A stretch of 62,034 bases of DNA, filler included, from Deltaproteobacteria bacterium (GCA_030698575.1; 11 parts of 11 records of this genome joined end to end with filler, not necessarily neighbours in it); one strand, 5' to 3'. Numbered from the whole stretch's first letter, positions 1 through 10,286 are shown. Numbers and translations are program-made. Notes: generated by a model from the sequence alone, not told the origin.

Positions 1-165
1 GGCGCCGAGCATGCCGGAGGCGTCCCCGGCGGCGATGGCCGTGATGCCTGAGCGGAGCTGATCCACTGTGAGACCGGCAGATCCCCACGACTGCGCCGTC
101 TCCCCGAGGCGCCTACCGCCTAGGACGCGCACGCCTGGCACCCGTGAGTAGAGACGATGGTCCAT
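1..165 (-). CDS. Hypothetical virus-like protein, 3' partial (MDHRLYSRVPGVRVLGGRRLGETAQSWG...)
   Basis: Not in the ORF track; ATG at 165 follows GGAGG and the stop of the upstream gene; frame open to the window edge; carries the RLG motif shared across the operon. Confidence 0.65.
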   Translation of the reverse strand, partial: MDHRLYSRVPGVRVLGGRRLGETAQSWGSAGLTVDQLRSGITAIAAGDASGMLGA

Positions 166-166
166 G

Positions 167-361
167 CTAGTCCTCCGCCGTCCATCGCCCGATGGCCCAG
201 CCGATGCCAAACGAACTGGCCACGAGCCAGAAGCCGATCCTTACGGCTCGCCACGCTGCCGATCGAGCCTGCTCGGGGGTCAAGGCGACCTCACGAACCT
301 GGCCATCGGGCGTCTGGATCGCGATGCGCGTTGGAGCCGGGCCGATCGGGGTGGCGTCCAT
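167..361 (-). CDS. Small hypothetical membrane protein
   Basis: 64 aa with C-terminal hydrophobic helix (IGFWLVASSFGIGWAIG); tightly packed in a minus-strand operon. Confidence 0.6.
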   Translation of the reverse strand: MDATPIGPAPTRIAIQTPDGQVREVALTPEQARSAAWRAVRIGFWLVASSFGIGWAIGRWTAED

Positions 362-367
362 GGACCG

Positions 368-1183
368 TCAACTCACAGAGGGTGGGAAGATCGGGCGCCC
401 GTCCATGCGGCGCTGCCAGAGCGGCTCCCACGTCGGGAGGAAGCTGGGGCCCGTGGTGAAGAATGTCGAGTCGTCATCCAGGTCGAAGGGCGGAACGGGG
501 TAGCCCACGACGCCCCCCATCCGCTGAGCCTTGAGCGCGGCGATGCGCTCGTCGAGATCATCGATGAGAAAGTCCACGTCCACGGGCCCATCTTGTCTGG
601 CAGGAGGGAGTTCCAGTGTGGGATCGGCGCTTGCTCGTCGGGCACCCTCGTAGCCCTCGATGATACCCGACGCGAATTCGATAGCCCACTTCGTGACCGC
701 CCCCACGCCGATGGCGCTCCATACCGAGCGACGCTGGCGATAGCTGGCGATAGTAGCGATCGCCACGGCAAGAGGGGTCGCCCAGGCCAGGGGGAGGCCA
801 TTGCTGGATCCGAGGCGCCCACCCGAGATCCTCGGCGCAGGCATGACGGCGGGAACACCGGGAGGCGCAAAGGTCGGACGGAAGGTCTTGTACACGTCTC
901 GCCGAGGCCAGCCGTGCGAGCCTTGCTTCATGGCATGGAAAACGTTCGTGACGATCTCTCCACCGAGGCGGCCGATGCGAGGGTAGCTTCGGCTCGGGTA
1001 GTAGCTCGGGTCAGGGGTCCCCGTGTAGCGCTGAGTGTTCACGGGGGCCGCCTGGAAGAACGGAATGACGTTTGACCTCGACGAGGCGGGGTCCGTGATC
1101 GTCTTGTCCCACGTCTGCGGGCTGATCGGTCCCACGCCGTACTGCGACGGCTGAGCGGTCGAACGGTAGAAGGGCTCGTGCAT
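368..1183 (-). CDS. Hypothetical membrane protein (virus-like)
   Basis: 271 aa with Pro-rich N-terminus, two hydrophobic segments and two GRLG motifs; AGGAG upstream of ATG. Confidence 0.7.
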   Translation of the reverse strand: MHEPFYRSTAQPSQYGVGPISPQTWDKTITDPASSRSNVIPFFQAAPVNTQRYTGTPDPSYYPSRSYPRIGRLGGEIVTNVFHAMKQGSHGWPRRDVYKTFRPTFAPPGVPAVMPAPRISGGRLGSSNGLPLAWATPLAVAIATIASYRQRRSVWSAIGVGAVTKWAIEFASGIIEGYEGARRASADPTLELPPARQDGPVDVDFLIDDLDERIAALKAQRMGGVVGYPVPPFDLDDDSTFFTTGPSFLPTWEPLWQRRMDGRPIFPPSVS

Positions 1184-1272
1184 GCTGGCTCCTGTGCTAG
1201 CTCCCGGCGATTATCCAACACGAGCAAAGGAAACTCAATCGCGCTCCCTGCCCACAGGGGGAAGGGTCGGTC

Positions 1273-2541
1273 TCATGATGCACGAGAGCGCCCCTTCCAC
1301 AGAGCGAAGACCGCGACAATCGCTACCGCGGCGCCTCCGTAGAGCATGATGCGCTTGCGCCTCTCGGCGGACTCCATCAGGTCCGCTTCCGTCTCCTCCT
1401 CAAGCTGGGCGGCCAACTCCGGCCTCTGCGAGATCGCCAGAGCCAGTGTGGCGCGAAGGGCGTCAAGGTCGGCCTGGAGTTGGTCAGCTTCGGCGTTCAT
1501 CGCGTCCACTTCGAGTTGCAGCGCTCGAAGGTAGCCCTGTGCCGCCCGCCTGGCCTCCTGCGTCTGGTGGTAGTTGTAGCTGACCTCGGCGCTCAGGACG
1601 GCCAAAATCGTCGCGAGACCGAGAGACATCCCGTAGACCGTCCAGGGCATCACGAGGAAGGCAGCTATCCTGAGCCATGGCCCGTATCGCACGGCTACGT
1701 CCTCGACCGATCGCCGGAGTTGGCGATCAAAGGTCCTCCCAGCACGCCGCGTCTCGTCCTCGACCTGCCGGCCGAAATCTCTCACGTCAGACGGAAGAAA
1801 GCGGCGAGCTGCGCTATCCCTGGTCTGCCTGGCGACGTCAACCACGGGTTGCGTGGCTCTCGAAACCTCGGCCGAAACCGACTTCACGGTACGGCTGACG
1901 CCCCTGGCCACGCTCTTTATGCCTATGCCAAGGGCACCTAGCCTTTGCGTTCCAGCCCGTATAGATGCTAGCTCATCCGCCAGGGCGTCTCGACGGTCCA
2001 TGGCCGACGAGAGTTCGGCAGCGAGGCGCTGGGCTTCGTCCTCCTCCTCAGCGGTCGCCAGTTCGTCAACCGCGAGGATCCCGGATAGCTCCTCGGCGAG
2101 AGCGGGGGCGGCTTCGGCCGGGATAGGCTCCGCTGGGAGGTAGGCCGACCTCGTGTCCGCCCATTCCTCCGGATGGGTCGTTGTGATTTGCGCGATGGCA
2201 TCCTCGACCACCATCGCTTGCGGGGCCATGGGTTGCCTTGTCGATCGAGCGGCGACCCGGCGGTTGAGCTCATCGATGACGGCATCGGCCGCACCCTGGA
2301 TCCCAGGGCCGGCCACCGAAAGGGCAAACTGAGCCGAGATAAGCACGCCCCAGGCGTCGAGCCACTCTTTGCCGGCGACCCCAAGCGAGTTGAGGTTGTC
2401 GATCTCGTTTACGGCGATGAGGAATCCACGCACGCGAGGATCAGCGTAGGGCAGCCCGGAGCTTGCGTCCCACGAATCTCGCCCAAACGATGGGAGCGGA
2501 GATCCTGGCTCAATCGCGACATCTCCGAGCCTCGCTCTCAT
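1273..2541 (-). CDS. Hypothetical coiled-coil membrane protein (virus-like)
   Basis: Start reassigned to ATG 2541 (MRARLG...), overlapping the upstream stop (ATGA); heptad-rich helices, internal TM pair, C-terminal TM plus basic tail. Confidence 0.75.
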   Translation of the reverse strand: MRARLGDVAIEPGSPLPSFGRDSWDASSGLPYADPRVRGFLIAVNEIDNLNSLGVAGKEWLDAWGVLISAQFALSVAGPGIQGAADAVIDELNRRVAARSTRQPMAPQAMVVEDAIAQITTTHPEEWADTRSAYLPAEPIPAEAAPALAEELSGILAVDELATAEEEDEAQRLAAELSSAMDRRDALADELASIRAGTQRLGALGIGIKSVARGVSRTVKSVSAEVSRATQPVVDVARQTRDSAARRFLPSDVRDFGRQVEDETRRAGRTFDRQLRRSVEDVAVRYGPWLRIAAFLVMPWTVYGMSLGLATILAVLSAEVSYNYHQTQEARRAAQGYLRALQLEVDAMNAEADQLQADLDALRATLALAISQRPELAAQLEEETEADLMESAERRKRIMLYGGAAVAIVAVFALWKGRSRAS

Positions 2542-3080
2542 CGCAGAGCCCACCATCCCGCCCCGACAAGGACGAGGGCCCCGCCTGCGATCCATCCCCA
2601 CGGGAGACCCTTCTTCTTGGCGATGACGAAAACTCCTGGCGAGACCTCCTCAGCAAACGATGGAACCTGCTCCATGGGAACAACGATGGTCTCCCCCGTC
2701 TCTTCGTCCATTACCGCCACGTCTCCAGCGCTCGCGGATCCCGTGACCGGTGGAGCAGATGGCGTCAAGACGCTGGAGATCGCCCCCTCCGCATCGAGAG
2801 CGTCGAGGAGATACTCTCCCCACGCTTGCCCGTCACCGAGCGGCAGTTGGTCTAGTTCTGCCTGAAGGGAGGGTAGCAAAGACGAGACGGCACCCGACGC
2901 CCCCTGCTGTGCGAGCACGAGTACCTGGTTGGCCAGGTCGGCGGCCCTGATCGCGACGGCCCGAGACTCGGGCCTCCAGCCTCCATCCCCAGGCCTCTTT
3001 CGCGCGGGAGGGTAGACGATGGCAAGCCTTCCGCTTGCCTCGCGTCTCGTTGAAACGAACCTCGTGCCAGAGAATCTCAC
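2538..3080 (-). CDS. Hypothetical protein with C-terminal membrane anchor
   Basis: GTG start at 3080 after GAGGGAG; ends KKKGLPWGWIAGGALVLVGAGWWALR. Confidence 0.65.
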   Translation of the reverse strand: MRFSGTRFVSTRREASGRLAIVYPPARKRPGDGGWRPESRAVAIRAADLANQVLVLAQQGASGAVSSLLPSLQAELDQLPLGDGQAWGEYLLDALDAEGAISSVLTPSAPPVTGSASAGDVAVMDEETGETIVVPMEQVPSFAEEVSPGVFVIAKKKGLPWGWIAGGALVLVGAGWWALR

Positions 3081-3209
3081 CGCTCCCTCATGGCATCGAC
3101 CGAGCGCCGAATTGTCCGCCCACGGAAGCACCGTTTGCACGGCGCGGGCCCGTGATGGGCTCGCCCCACGCGGTACACGATCCCGACCCCTCCGCAGCAC
3201 CGGCAAGGG

Positions 3210-3521
3210 CTACGCTGGATCGGAGGCACCCTGGACGGCGCGCTTGGCGATCCCGGTCGGGTTTCGTTGCTCGGCTCGCGCATTGCGCCTCGCCTCTCTC
3301 TTCCTGCGCCAGGCGCTCCACGACGTGCCCGCCAAGAATCCAAGGGAGAACCAAAGGATCGCCTCCCGGTTTCCCTTGATGGTGCGGCCGAACCCGTTCA
3401 GCGCCCTGGACAGACCGCTCTCCTGGGCCACGGCGGGAACGGGTTGCGCGGGAGGATCGTACGAAGGCTTACCGTCGACCCCAACGCCCACGGGGACGAA
3501 CGGCTTCGCGTGACCAGCCAT
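3210..3521 (-). CDS. Small hypothetical membrane protein
   Basis: ATG 3521 overlaps the upstream TGA (TGATG); TM AILWFSLGFLAGTSW followed by a basic stretch and RNP. Confidence 0.65.
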   Translation of the reverse strand: MAGHAKPFVPVGVGVDGKPSYDPPAQPVPAVAQESGLSRALNGFGRTIKGNREAILWFSLGFLAGTSWSAWRRKREARRNARAEQRNPTGIAKRAVQGASDPA

Positions 3522-3880
3522 CAGCGACGCCTCCGTGCCCCACGCCATCGGCGCGGGTTCTTGCGGCCCTTGCGGGCCGAAACGATGATGGCGAGGGTCG
3601 CGAGCCCAAACGCAGCCGCCCCGGCGACAGCAACCACCTTGAAGATACGCTCGGTGGTCGCCTGCTCGCCCGCAGCAATCCATCTCCCCTGCTGGGCCTG
3701 GCTCGCTGCGATATTCTGGCCCGCACTGGCCTGAACCTTGACCCCCTTGTAGCCGAGGTATGCTCCCCATCCCTGGAGAGCCAAGCCCCCGATGTTGCTG
3801 ACCGTCTGGCCGATGTTTACGCCAGCGCCGCTGCCAAGGCGAGCCTGCCCAACTCGGGTGGCAAGCATGGCTAGTTCCAT
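3521..3880 (-). CDS. Small Gly/Ala-rich protein with C-terminal TM and RKGRKNP tail
   Basis: 119 aa (alternative start 3868); QARLG near the N-terminus; TM then RKGRKNPRRWRGARRRR. Confidence 0.7.
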   Translation of the reverse strand: MELAMLATRVGQARLGSGAGVNIGQTVSNIGGLALQGWGAYLGYKGVKVQASAGQNIAASQAQQGRWIAAGEQATTERIFKVVAVAGAAAFGLATLAIIVSARKGRKNPRRWRGARRRR

Positions 3881-3923
3881 CGACGGCGACGGCGACGGCT
3901 CGGGTTCTTGCGGCCCTTGCGGG
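3554..3923. repeat. Exact 23-bp direct repeat CGGGTTCTTGCGGCCCTTGCGGG at 3554-3576 and 3901-3923
   Basis: Read directly; encodes the RKGRKNP tail in two adjacent genes. Confidence 0.9.
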
Positions 3924-4170
3924 ACACGAGGATAGCGCCGCCAACGAGGATGGCTCCGCCTCCAGCGATCCAGAGCCAGGGAACGCCTCCGGCCTTCGAG
4001 GGGGGAGCCTGAACGTAGGTGTTCTGGATGGGCTGGCCCGTCGCCGGGTTGATGAGCCCGCTAGCGAAGTTCAGGACGTTGGGATCCGTCGCAACCCCGG
4101 TAATCCGGTCGAGCCAATCGGGACCTTCGCTGGCGTGGGCCTCATGGGCACCGGACAGAACGTATCTCAT
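3871..4170 (-). CDS. Small protein with C-terminal TM and RKGRKNP tail
   Basis: ATG 4170 (MRYVLSG) with GGAGG, ATGA overlap with the upstream gene; ends WLWIAGGGAILVGGAILVSRKGRKNPSRRRRRRWN. Confidence 0.7.
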   Translation of the reverse strand: MRYVLSGAHEAHASEGPDWLDRITGVATDPNVLNFASGLINPATGQPIQNTYVQAPPSKAGGVPWLWIAGGGAILVGGAILVSRKGRKNPSRRRRRRWN

Positions 4171-4864
4171 GGACGCCTCCTCTTCGGTGGTCGGCGCCCG
4201 GGTCTCGTGGACCATACTACTACGCCCGCAGCAGTAAGCGCTAGCGCGCCAAGCAAAATAGCCTCGCTGGCCCTCGACAAAGCGACGGCTTTCTGGGCAT
4301 CCTGTCGAGCATCCCAATACGACATGGCCTCGGAGTCTATGGCATGCTGGGTAGCCTGGAGATCAAGGGCAAGGCTCTCGACACGCTCTTGAGCCTTCGA
4401 CCAAATCTTGGCCGCCTGATCGATCGCCCGGCTCTGGCGCCTCGATGCCCTGGACCCCATGACCATGTTGGCGACGCTGGCCCCGAACTCGAGGAAGTTC
4501 GCGATGACGCCTCCCTGGGACGCCTGGCCAAGCCCCCCCCCTGCCAGCCTCCCGAGACCCTGGCGCTCGTAGAGTCCCGTCCTATCCAGATCCGTGAGCT
4601 TTGCCTCGGCGGTCGCGATGCCCGGATGCGGAAGGTCGTAGTCGACGTGCGGTAGGCTCGTGTCGAGATGGACCCACCTCTCAGGCTCGTAGGGGCTCGC
4701 GATGTTCGCGGCGCAGTGGACATGCTCGTAGACGGGCTTGGAGTCATCCGTCATCGTGATGATGAACTTAGGCTCTATCCCGAGGCTGTGACACAAGGAC
4801 CCCATCAGGACGGCGTGATCGTCGCAATCCCCTATGGCTGCGGGGTCGCCATTGATGGCGAGCT
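4167..4864 (-). CDS. Transglutaminase-like cysteine protease domain protein with C-terminal membrane anchor, 5' partial
   Basis: Extending the frame upstream of the track ORF gives GDCDDHAVLMGSL (Cys at 4824-4826), then YEHVH and WVHLD: the Cys-His-Asp triad pattern of transglutaminase-like proteins. Confidence 0.8.
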
Positions 4865-4964
4865 NNNNNNNNNNNNNNNNNNNNNNNNNNNNNNNNNNNN
4901 NNNNNNNNTTAATTAATTAANNNNNNNNNNNNNNNNNNNNNNNNNNNNNNNNNNNNNNNNNNNN
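4865..4964. other. Artificial contig linker (N44-TTAATTAATTAA-N44); the same linker recurs at 16624-16723, 21594-21693, 26740-26839, 30622-30721, 36356-36455, 44943-45042, 48841-48940, 52036-52135, 57263-57362
   Basis: Identical 100-bp spacer whose core gives stop codons in all six frames; genes are cut off at its edges. Confidence 0.99.
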
Positions 4965-7900
4965 ACGTCGTTCTCAACTGGGCGACGATCGCCTCCGGCG
5001 CGACGGTCTCGGTGAACTACTTCGTGGCGGTCACCCCCGCCGGCGCCGGCGCGGTGAATGTCACAGCCACCCCGGCGAGCGGGAACGGCACGCGCGCGAC
5101 CTACACACCGGCTTTCTCCAGCGTCACCTTCCCGCGGACCGAGGCCATGGGCGCGATCTGCCAGATCACGGTACAGGCGTCCACGTCCGTGCCGAACGCC
5201 GTCGCGCTCTCGAAGTTCGAAGCGCACGGCTACGCCGGCGCCGTGTGGCTCGAATGGGACACGGCCAGCGAGTGGGCCAATCTGGGATTCAACGTCTATC
5301 GGGCCGAGGGAAGCACGGGCCGCTTCGCGCAGTTGAACGACGGCCTCATTCTGGGGGCGGGAACCTCGACGCTGGAAGCCCGCTACCTGTTCATCGATCC
5401 GGGTGTGCGCGACGGGCGAACCTACAGCTACCTGATCGAGGACGTCGAGCGAACCGGCAAGTGGACACTCCACGGCCCGGTCACGGCCACGGCGGGCGGA
5501 CCAGCCGCGCCTGACATCGACCCGGCCGCTTACGACCGTGTCGCCACGCTGGGCGGCGAACTGTCTCCGACGGTTCTCGCCGTGCTGCCGGGAGGCGCCG
5601 TCGGGGCGGCCGCCGGAAGCGGGCCCGCCCTCGGCGGAGCTGATTTAGCTCCCATCGTGATCCCGTCCACGGCCTCTGCCCCTGAAAAGATTCTGAAGAT
5701 CCTGTCGCAGGACAGCGCGGGGATGGTGATCGAGATTCGCACGGACCCACCCTCGCTCTCTTCCGTGACGCTCGACGGCATCCCTTACACGGACGTGCGC
5801 ATCCAAGGGTTCGCCCAGGCCGCCGAACCGGGCATGCCGGCGCTCCCGGCCCTCGGGTTGCCGCTCGAGATTCCGGATGTCGCCGACGTGACTATGGCGA
5901 TCGAGCAGGTCAAGGCCAAGACGGTGGGGAAGGGCGTCCTCCCCGCGCCGGCCCCGCTTCTCACCCTCGAGCCGGATGGCGGTGTCTCGTCCGATTACAC
6001 GCCCGACCCGACAGTCTATCAGGGCGCGAACGCATACCCGGCCGCTCCGGTACGGCTCGGCGGGAGCGTGCGCCAGGGTGAGAGTCGTCTTCTTGTTCTC
6101 GTTGCATCGCCCGTGACCTGGTCGCCGGGGAGTGGCGTCCTCACGCATGCGCGGCGCGTGCGAGTGCGTCTCGATTTCCACGGCGCAGGGGCCCAGGCGT
6201 CCTCCGCGAGCAGCGACCAGAGGCGCGAGAACCAGTTCTACCTTGCTTCGCAGGGCGCCCTGAAGATCGCCGTCGAGCGGACCGGCCTCCAGGCGGTAAC
6301 CGGCGCGGCGCTGATCAATGCGGGGCTGGATCCGTCGGTCGATCCACGGTTCGTCTCCCTCTATAACGAGGGGCGCGAGGTCGCAGTGCTGTTCCAGGGC
6401 GAGGAGGACGGCGTCCTGGATGCCGAAGATCTGCTCCTCTTCAACGGCGAGAACCGTGACGACGACCACGCGCTGGCCCGCAGCTACTGGCTCATGCACG
6501 GAAACCTGGCGGGGCGTCGCATGGCCCTCCGCGATGCCGCGCCTTCGGGCCAGCCCTCCGGCGAGGCGCTCACCGACGAGACGGTCAGGCTCGAGAAAAA
6601 TCTCGTCTATCTCCCCTTCGTCCTGAATGGCGAGACCAGCAACTTCGTGGGTGATTCAATCTTCCTGAATCCCCGGGATCAGATGATCACGCTCGAGGGC
6701 GTGAGCGGCGGCGCCGCCACGCTCCGGATGCGTCTTCAGGGAGCGACGAGCGACAGCAACGTGAACCCTGATCACCACATGGCGATCTCGGTGAACGGCG
6801 TGCCGGTCGGCGACGCCCTCTGGGACGGCTTCAGCGCTTTCGAGGGCAGCTTCCCGGTTCCCCCGGGGGCGCTCCAGGAAGGGGCGAACCAGGTCCGCCT
6901 CACGCCCGTGGCGGACACGGGGGCAATTTTCGACTTCGATTACGTGGACTGGGTCGAGATCAACCATCCGCGCAGCCTGGGCGCCGCCGGCGAGACGCTC
7001 GATATCACCACGCGGGCGGCGGGCGACCGGCGCATCGAGGGGATCGTCGGCCAGACGGCGATCCTGCTCGACGTGACCGACCCGGATGCGCCGGTGCGGC
7101 TGACGGGGGCGGTTTTCGCACCCGATGCGGCGGGGGGAACGCTCGAATTCCGCATGGGCGCGGGTGAACGACGGGTGCTGCTTTCGACGGACGAAGGGCT
7201 CGTCACGCCGGCTGGAGTAACCGCTGATCTTCCGAGCGCGCTCCACGACGCCCCGGGAACCGACTGGCTGGCGATTACGCATGCTGATTTTATGGCCGGC
7301 GCTTCCGATCTTGCCGGCCTACGTGCGCTGGAAGGCCATCGGGCGCGTGTCGTGGACGTTCAGGACGTGTACGACGAGTTCGGCCACGGCGATCCCGATC
7401 CGCGGGCCATCAGGGACTACCTTGCCTGGCAGTACGCGCAGGGGGGGGATCCCCGGCTCCGATACGTTCTACTGGTGGGAGACGCGAGTTACGACGAGCG
7501 AAACTACCTGGGGCAACCCAACCGGAACTTCGTTCCCTCAAAGCTCCTCGACGGCACCTTCACGGAGCGTTCCAGCGACAACTGGTTCGCGAGCTTCCTG
7601 GGCGACGACTCGCTGCCGGACGTTGCGCTGGGCCGGTTGCCGGTGAAGAGTGCGGCGGAACTCGACTCTCTCGTGGCGAAGATTGCCGGCTACGCAGCCC
7701 AGCCGCTCTCCCAGGAATGGCAGGCGCGCGCGCTGCTCGTGGCTGACGACGGGTTCCGCGACTTCCATGCCGGCGAGGCCGCGATCTTCGAGGGCGCCTC
7801 CGACGCCATGGTCGCGCAGCTGCCGCCGAATTTCGATCCGTTGAAGCTGTTCCTGTCGGACATTCCCGAGGTCGAGCAGCAGACGGTGGCGCGGCAGGTC

Positions 7901-8653
7901 ATCATCGACACGCTGAACGCCGGCGCGCTCACCGCCGTTTACACCGGACACGGCGCCATCACCCTCTGGGCCGACGAGGTGATCTTCCGGGCAAGCGATC
8001 TGGCCCTTCTGCGCAACGCCGATCGCCTTCCCTTCGTAATGGTGCTGAACTGCCTGAACGGGCTGTTCAGCGCGCCACTGGGCGACGCACTCGGTGAATC
8101 AATGCTGCTCAAGGAAAACGCCGGGGCGGCGGCGTTCTTCGCCCCGACCGGCGTCTCGCCCATCGGCGGGCAGGACATTTTCGGCGAGGCTGTGATGCGC
8201 ACCATCTTCCGGGAGGGCCACACGCGCATCGGAGACGCGCTGGTGCGCGCGCGCGAATCGATCCTGGGTCTGGAGTTCTTTGACGATCTTTCTGAAAGCT
8301 GGGTGCTCCTCGGCGATCCGGCCATGCGGCTCGCCTTCCTCCCCGTGCCCATCGCGGACGCCGGCGAGGACATCGAGACCCTCGAGAAGAGCCTGGTTCG
8401 GCTTCAGGGAACAGTGCGCGGGGGCGCGCCCGCGCCCCACGCCTACGCCTGGCGGCTGATCTCGGCGCCGGCCGGCAGCAGGGTCCGGATTGACAAAGCC
8501 GGCGAGCGCAACGCGCAGTTCAAGGCCGATGCCGCCGGCGCCTACGTGATCGAGCTGGTGGTTACATCCGGCGGTCTCGAGAGTAAGCCGGACACGCTCA
8601 GGGTGCTCGTCCTTCCGCGCAAGAGCGGGAAGGAGGTTCCGGACGGTTTCTGA
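4965..8653 (+). CDS. C25 family (gingipain-like) cysteine peptidase with propeptide and C-terminal PKD/Ig-like domain, 5' partial
   Basis: DVYDEF, YVLLVGDASYD, SDNWF, GRLPV, catalytic YTGHG and LNCLNG, LLGDP; PIADAG-type domain at the end; frame open from the contig start. Confidence 0.9.
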
Positions 8654-9460
8654 TCAGTACTGGCCGAGGGTTCCGTCGCGGCGCGCCGCACGGAGAGCGA
8701 GCGAGAAGGCGAGAACCGAGAGCGGCACGAGGACGGCGGCGAAGAGCGCCAGCACCAGCAGGTCCCGGCTGAGGGCAGAAGTCGCGGCCCCTTCGAGAAT
8801 GGCGCCGCGCATTGCAGAGAGTGCGTAGGTAAGGGGGATCCAGGCCGCCACCTTCTGCAGCCATCCCGGGATGACCTCCACCGGGAAATAGACGCCGCCC
8901 AGCAGCGCGGAGGCTGTTCCCAGGAAGAACGCGAGCGGATCGCCGCGCTTCCAGCGCAACGTGAAACTCGCCGAGAGAATGCCAAGGCCGCTGAAGGCCA
9001 CTACGGTCAGCAGCAGGGTCAGGCAGGCCGCCCCCAGATTGGCTCGCGAAAGATCGAAGTCGAAGAAGAGGGCGGCCACGATCAGGTAGGCCACGGCTGT
9101 GAGCGAGGTGTAGAGAAAGCTGTAGAGCGACGAGCCGAAGAGCAGCGTCGGGATCCCGACGGGCGTGACCAGGACCGGCTCGAGCGTCCCCGTGAGCTGC
9201 GCCTGGCGGAGGCTCCCGGAAAAACTGTTCAGCGCGGTCCCGAGAAAGTTGTAGAAGGCGATGCCGACCAGAACGAACGAGAAGTAGTCGGTGCCGCCCA
9301 GGCGTCCCTCCACCGCGGGGCCGATGAGCTTTCCCAGATAGTAGAAGATGGCAACCGAGAAAAAGATCCCGACGATGTTGAGGACGAAGGATGCACGATA
9401 GCTGGACTGGAGCAGGAGATCCCGCCGCAGGAATGCGAGCCCCTTCGAGAGCGCATTCAC
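8654..9460 (-). CDS. ABC-2 type transporter permease
   Basis: About six TM helices, GTLEPVLVTP, GVYFPVEVIPGWLQ. Confidence 0.9.
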   Translation of the reverse strand: MNALSKGLAFLRRDLLLQSSYRASFVLNIVGIFFSVAIFYYLGKLIGPAVEGRLGGTDYFSFVLVGIAFYNFLGTALNSFSGSLRQAQLTGTLEPVLVTPVGIPTLLFGSSLYSFLYTSLTAVAYLIVAALFFDFDLSRANLGAACLTLLLTVVAFSGLGILSASFTLRWKRGDPLAFFLGTASALLGGVYFPVEVIPGWLQKVAAWIPLTYALSAMRGAILEGAATSALSRDLLVLALFAAVLVPLSVLAFSLALRAARRDGTLGQY

Positions 9461-10161
9461 GACACGCTCTCCAGCGCGAACTTGCCCGCCCGCATGACAC
9501 CGAGATGCGTGCAGACTGCCCGCGCTTCCTCCCGTGCGTGCGTCACGAGGACGACCGTGTGGCCTCCCTCGCGCACGAGGCGCAGGAGCAGGACGCGGAA
9601 AGCTTCCGCGGCTTCAGGATCGAGGCTCCGCGTCGGCTCGTCGAGAAGCAGGAGGGAGGGTTCATGCAGGAGCCCGCGGGCCACCGAGAGCCGCTGGCGC
9701 ATTCCGGTCGAGAACGTGTCGACGGGGGCATCCAGCATATCTTCGAGGGCCAGGGCAGAGGAGAGATCCAGGATCCGGCGTTCGAGGGCCGCCCCTCCGA
9801 TCCCCTGGAGAGCCCCGAAGAAGGCGAGGTTCTGCCTGCCCGAGAGGCGCCAGTAGAACGATCGCTCGTCACCGGTTACCAAGCCGATGCGCGAGCGAAC
9901 GGAGCCGGCGGACGCGACGCAGTCGATTCCGTCCACCTCGAGCCGGCCGCTGTCCGGAAGAAGGAGGGTGGCGAGAAGTTTCAGGAAAGTGGTCTTGCCG
10001 GCGCCGTTGGGTCCCATGACTCCCAGGATCGCGCCGCGGGGAAGAACCAGGTCCATCCCGTCGACCGCGGGCACGACGGCGCCCGGACGGCGCAGCCATC
10101 CCCGGGAACGCTGAAAGCGCTTCGAGAGTCCTTCGGTCAATATGGCTGGTGGCGCCGACAT
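9457..10161 (-). CDS. ABC transporter ATP-binding protein
   Basis: Walker A GPNGAGKT, signature FSTGM, Walker B LLLDEP, TH; 4-bp overlap with the permease gene. Confidence 0.95.
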   Translation of the reverse strand: MSAPPAILTEGLSKRFQRSRGWLRRPGAVVPAVDGMDLVLPRGAILGVMGPNGAGKTTFLKLLATLLLPDSGRLEVDGIDCVASAGSVRSRIGLVTGDERSFYWRLSGRQNLAFFGALQGIGGAALERRILDLSSALALEDMLDAPVDTFSTGMRQRLSVARGLLHEPSLLLLDEPTRSLDPEAAEAFRVLLLRLVREGGHTVVLVTHAREEARAVCTHLGVMRAGKFALESVS

Positions 10162-10286
10162 GCGGCGCGAGTCTACTGGCGGAGATTCCCAGTGTCAATG
10201 AAGCAGTACAGACACACGCAAATTCGGCCGATGAGTGACCATGTCCGATGGAGCGCCTTTGCGGCTCCCTGCAACAGGCTGGCGTG

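Noticed and set aside
3077-3209. Tiny Cys/Arg-rich ORF filling the gap in the viral operon
   Set aside because: A GTGA overlap and an SD-like sequence exist, but it is too short and featureless to support
4865-4964. Recurring TTAATTAATTAA motif, and ORFs ending in X runs or 'LIN'
   Set aside because: Artificial contig linker; cross-linker gene neighbourhoods are meaningless
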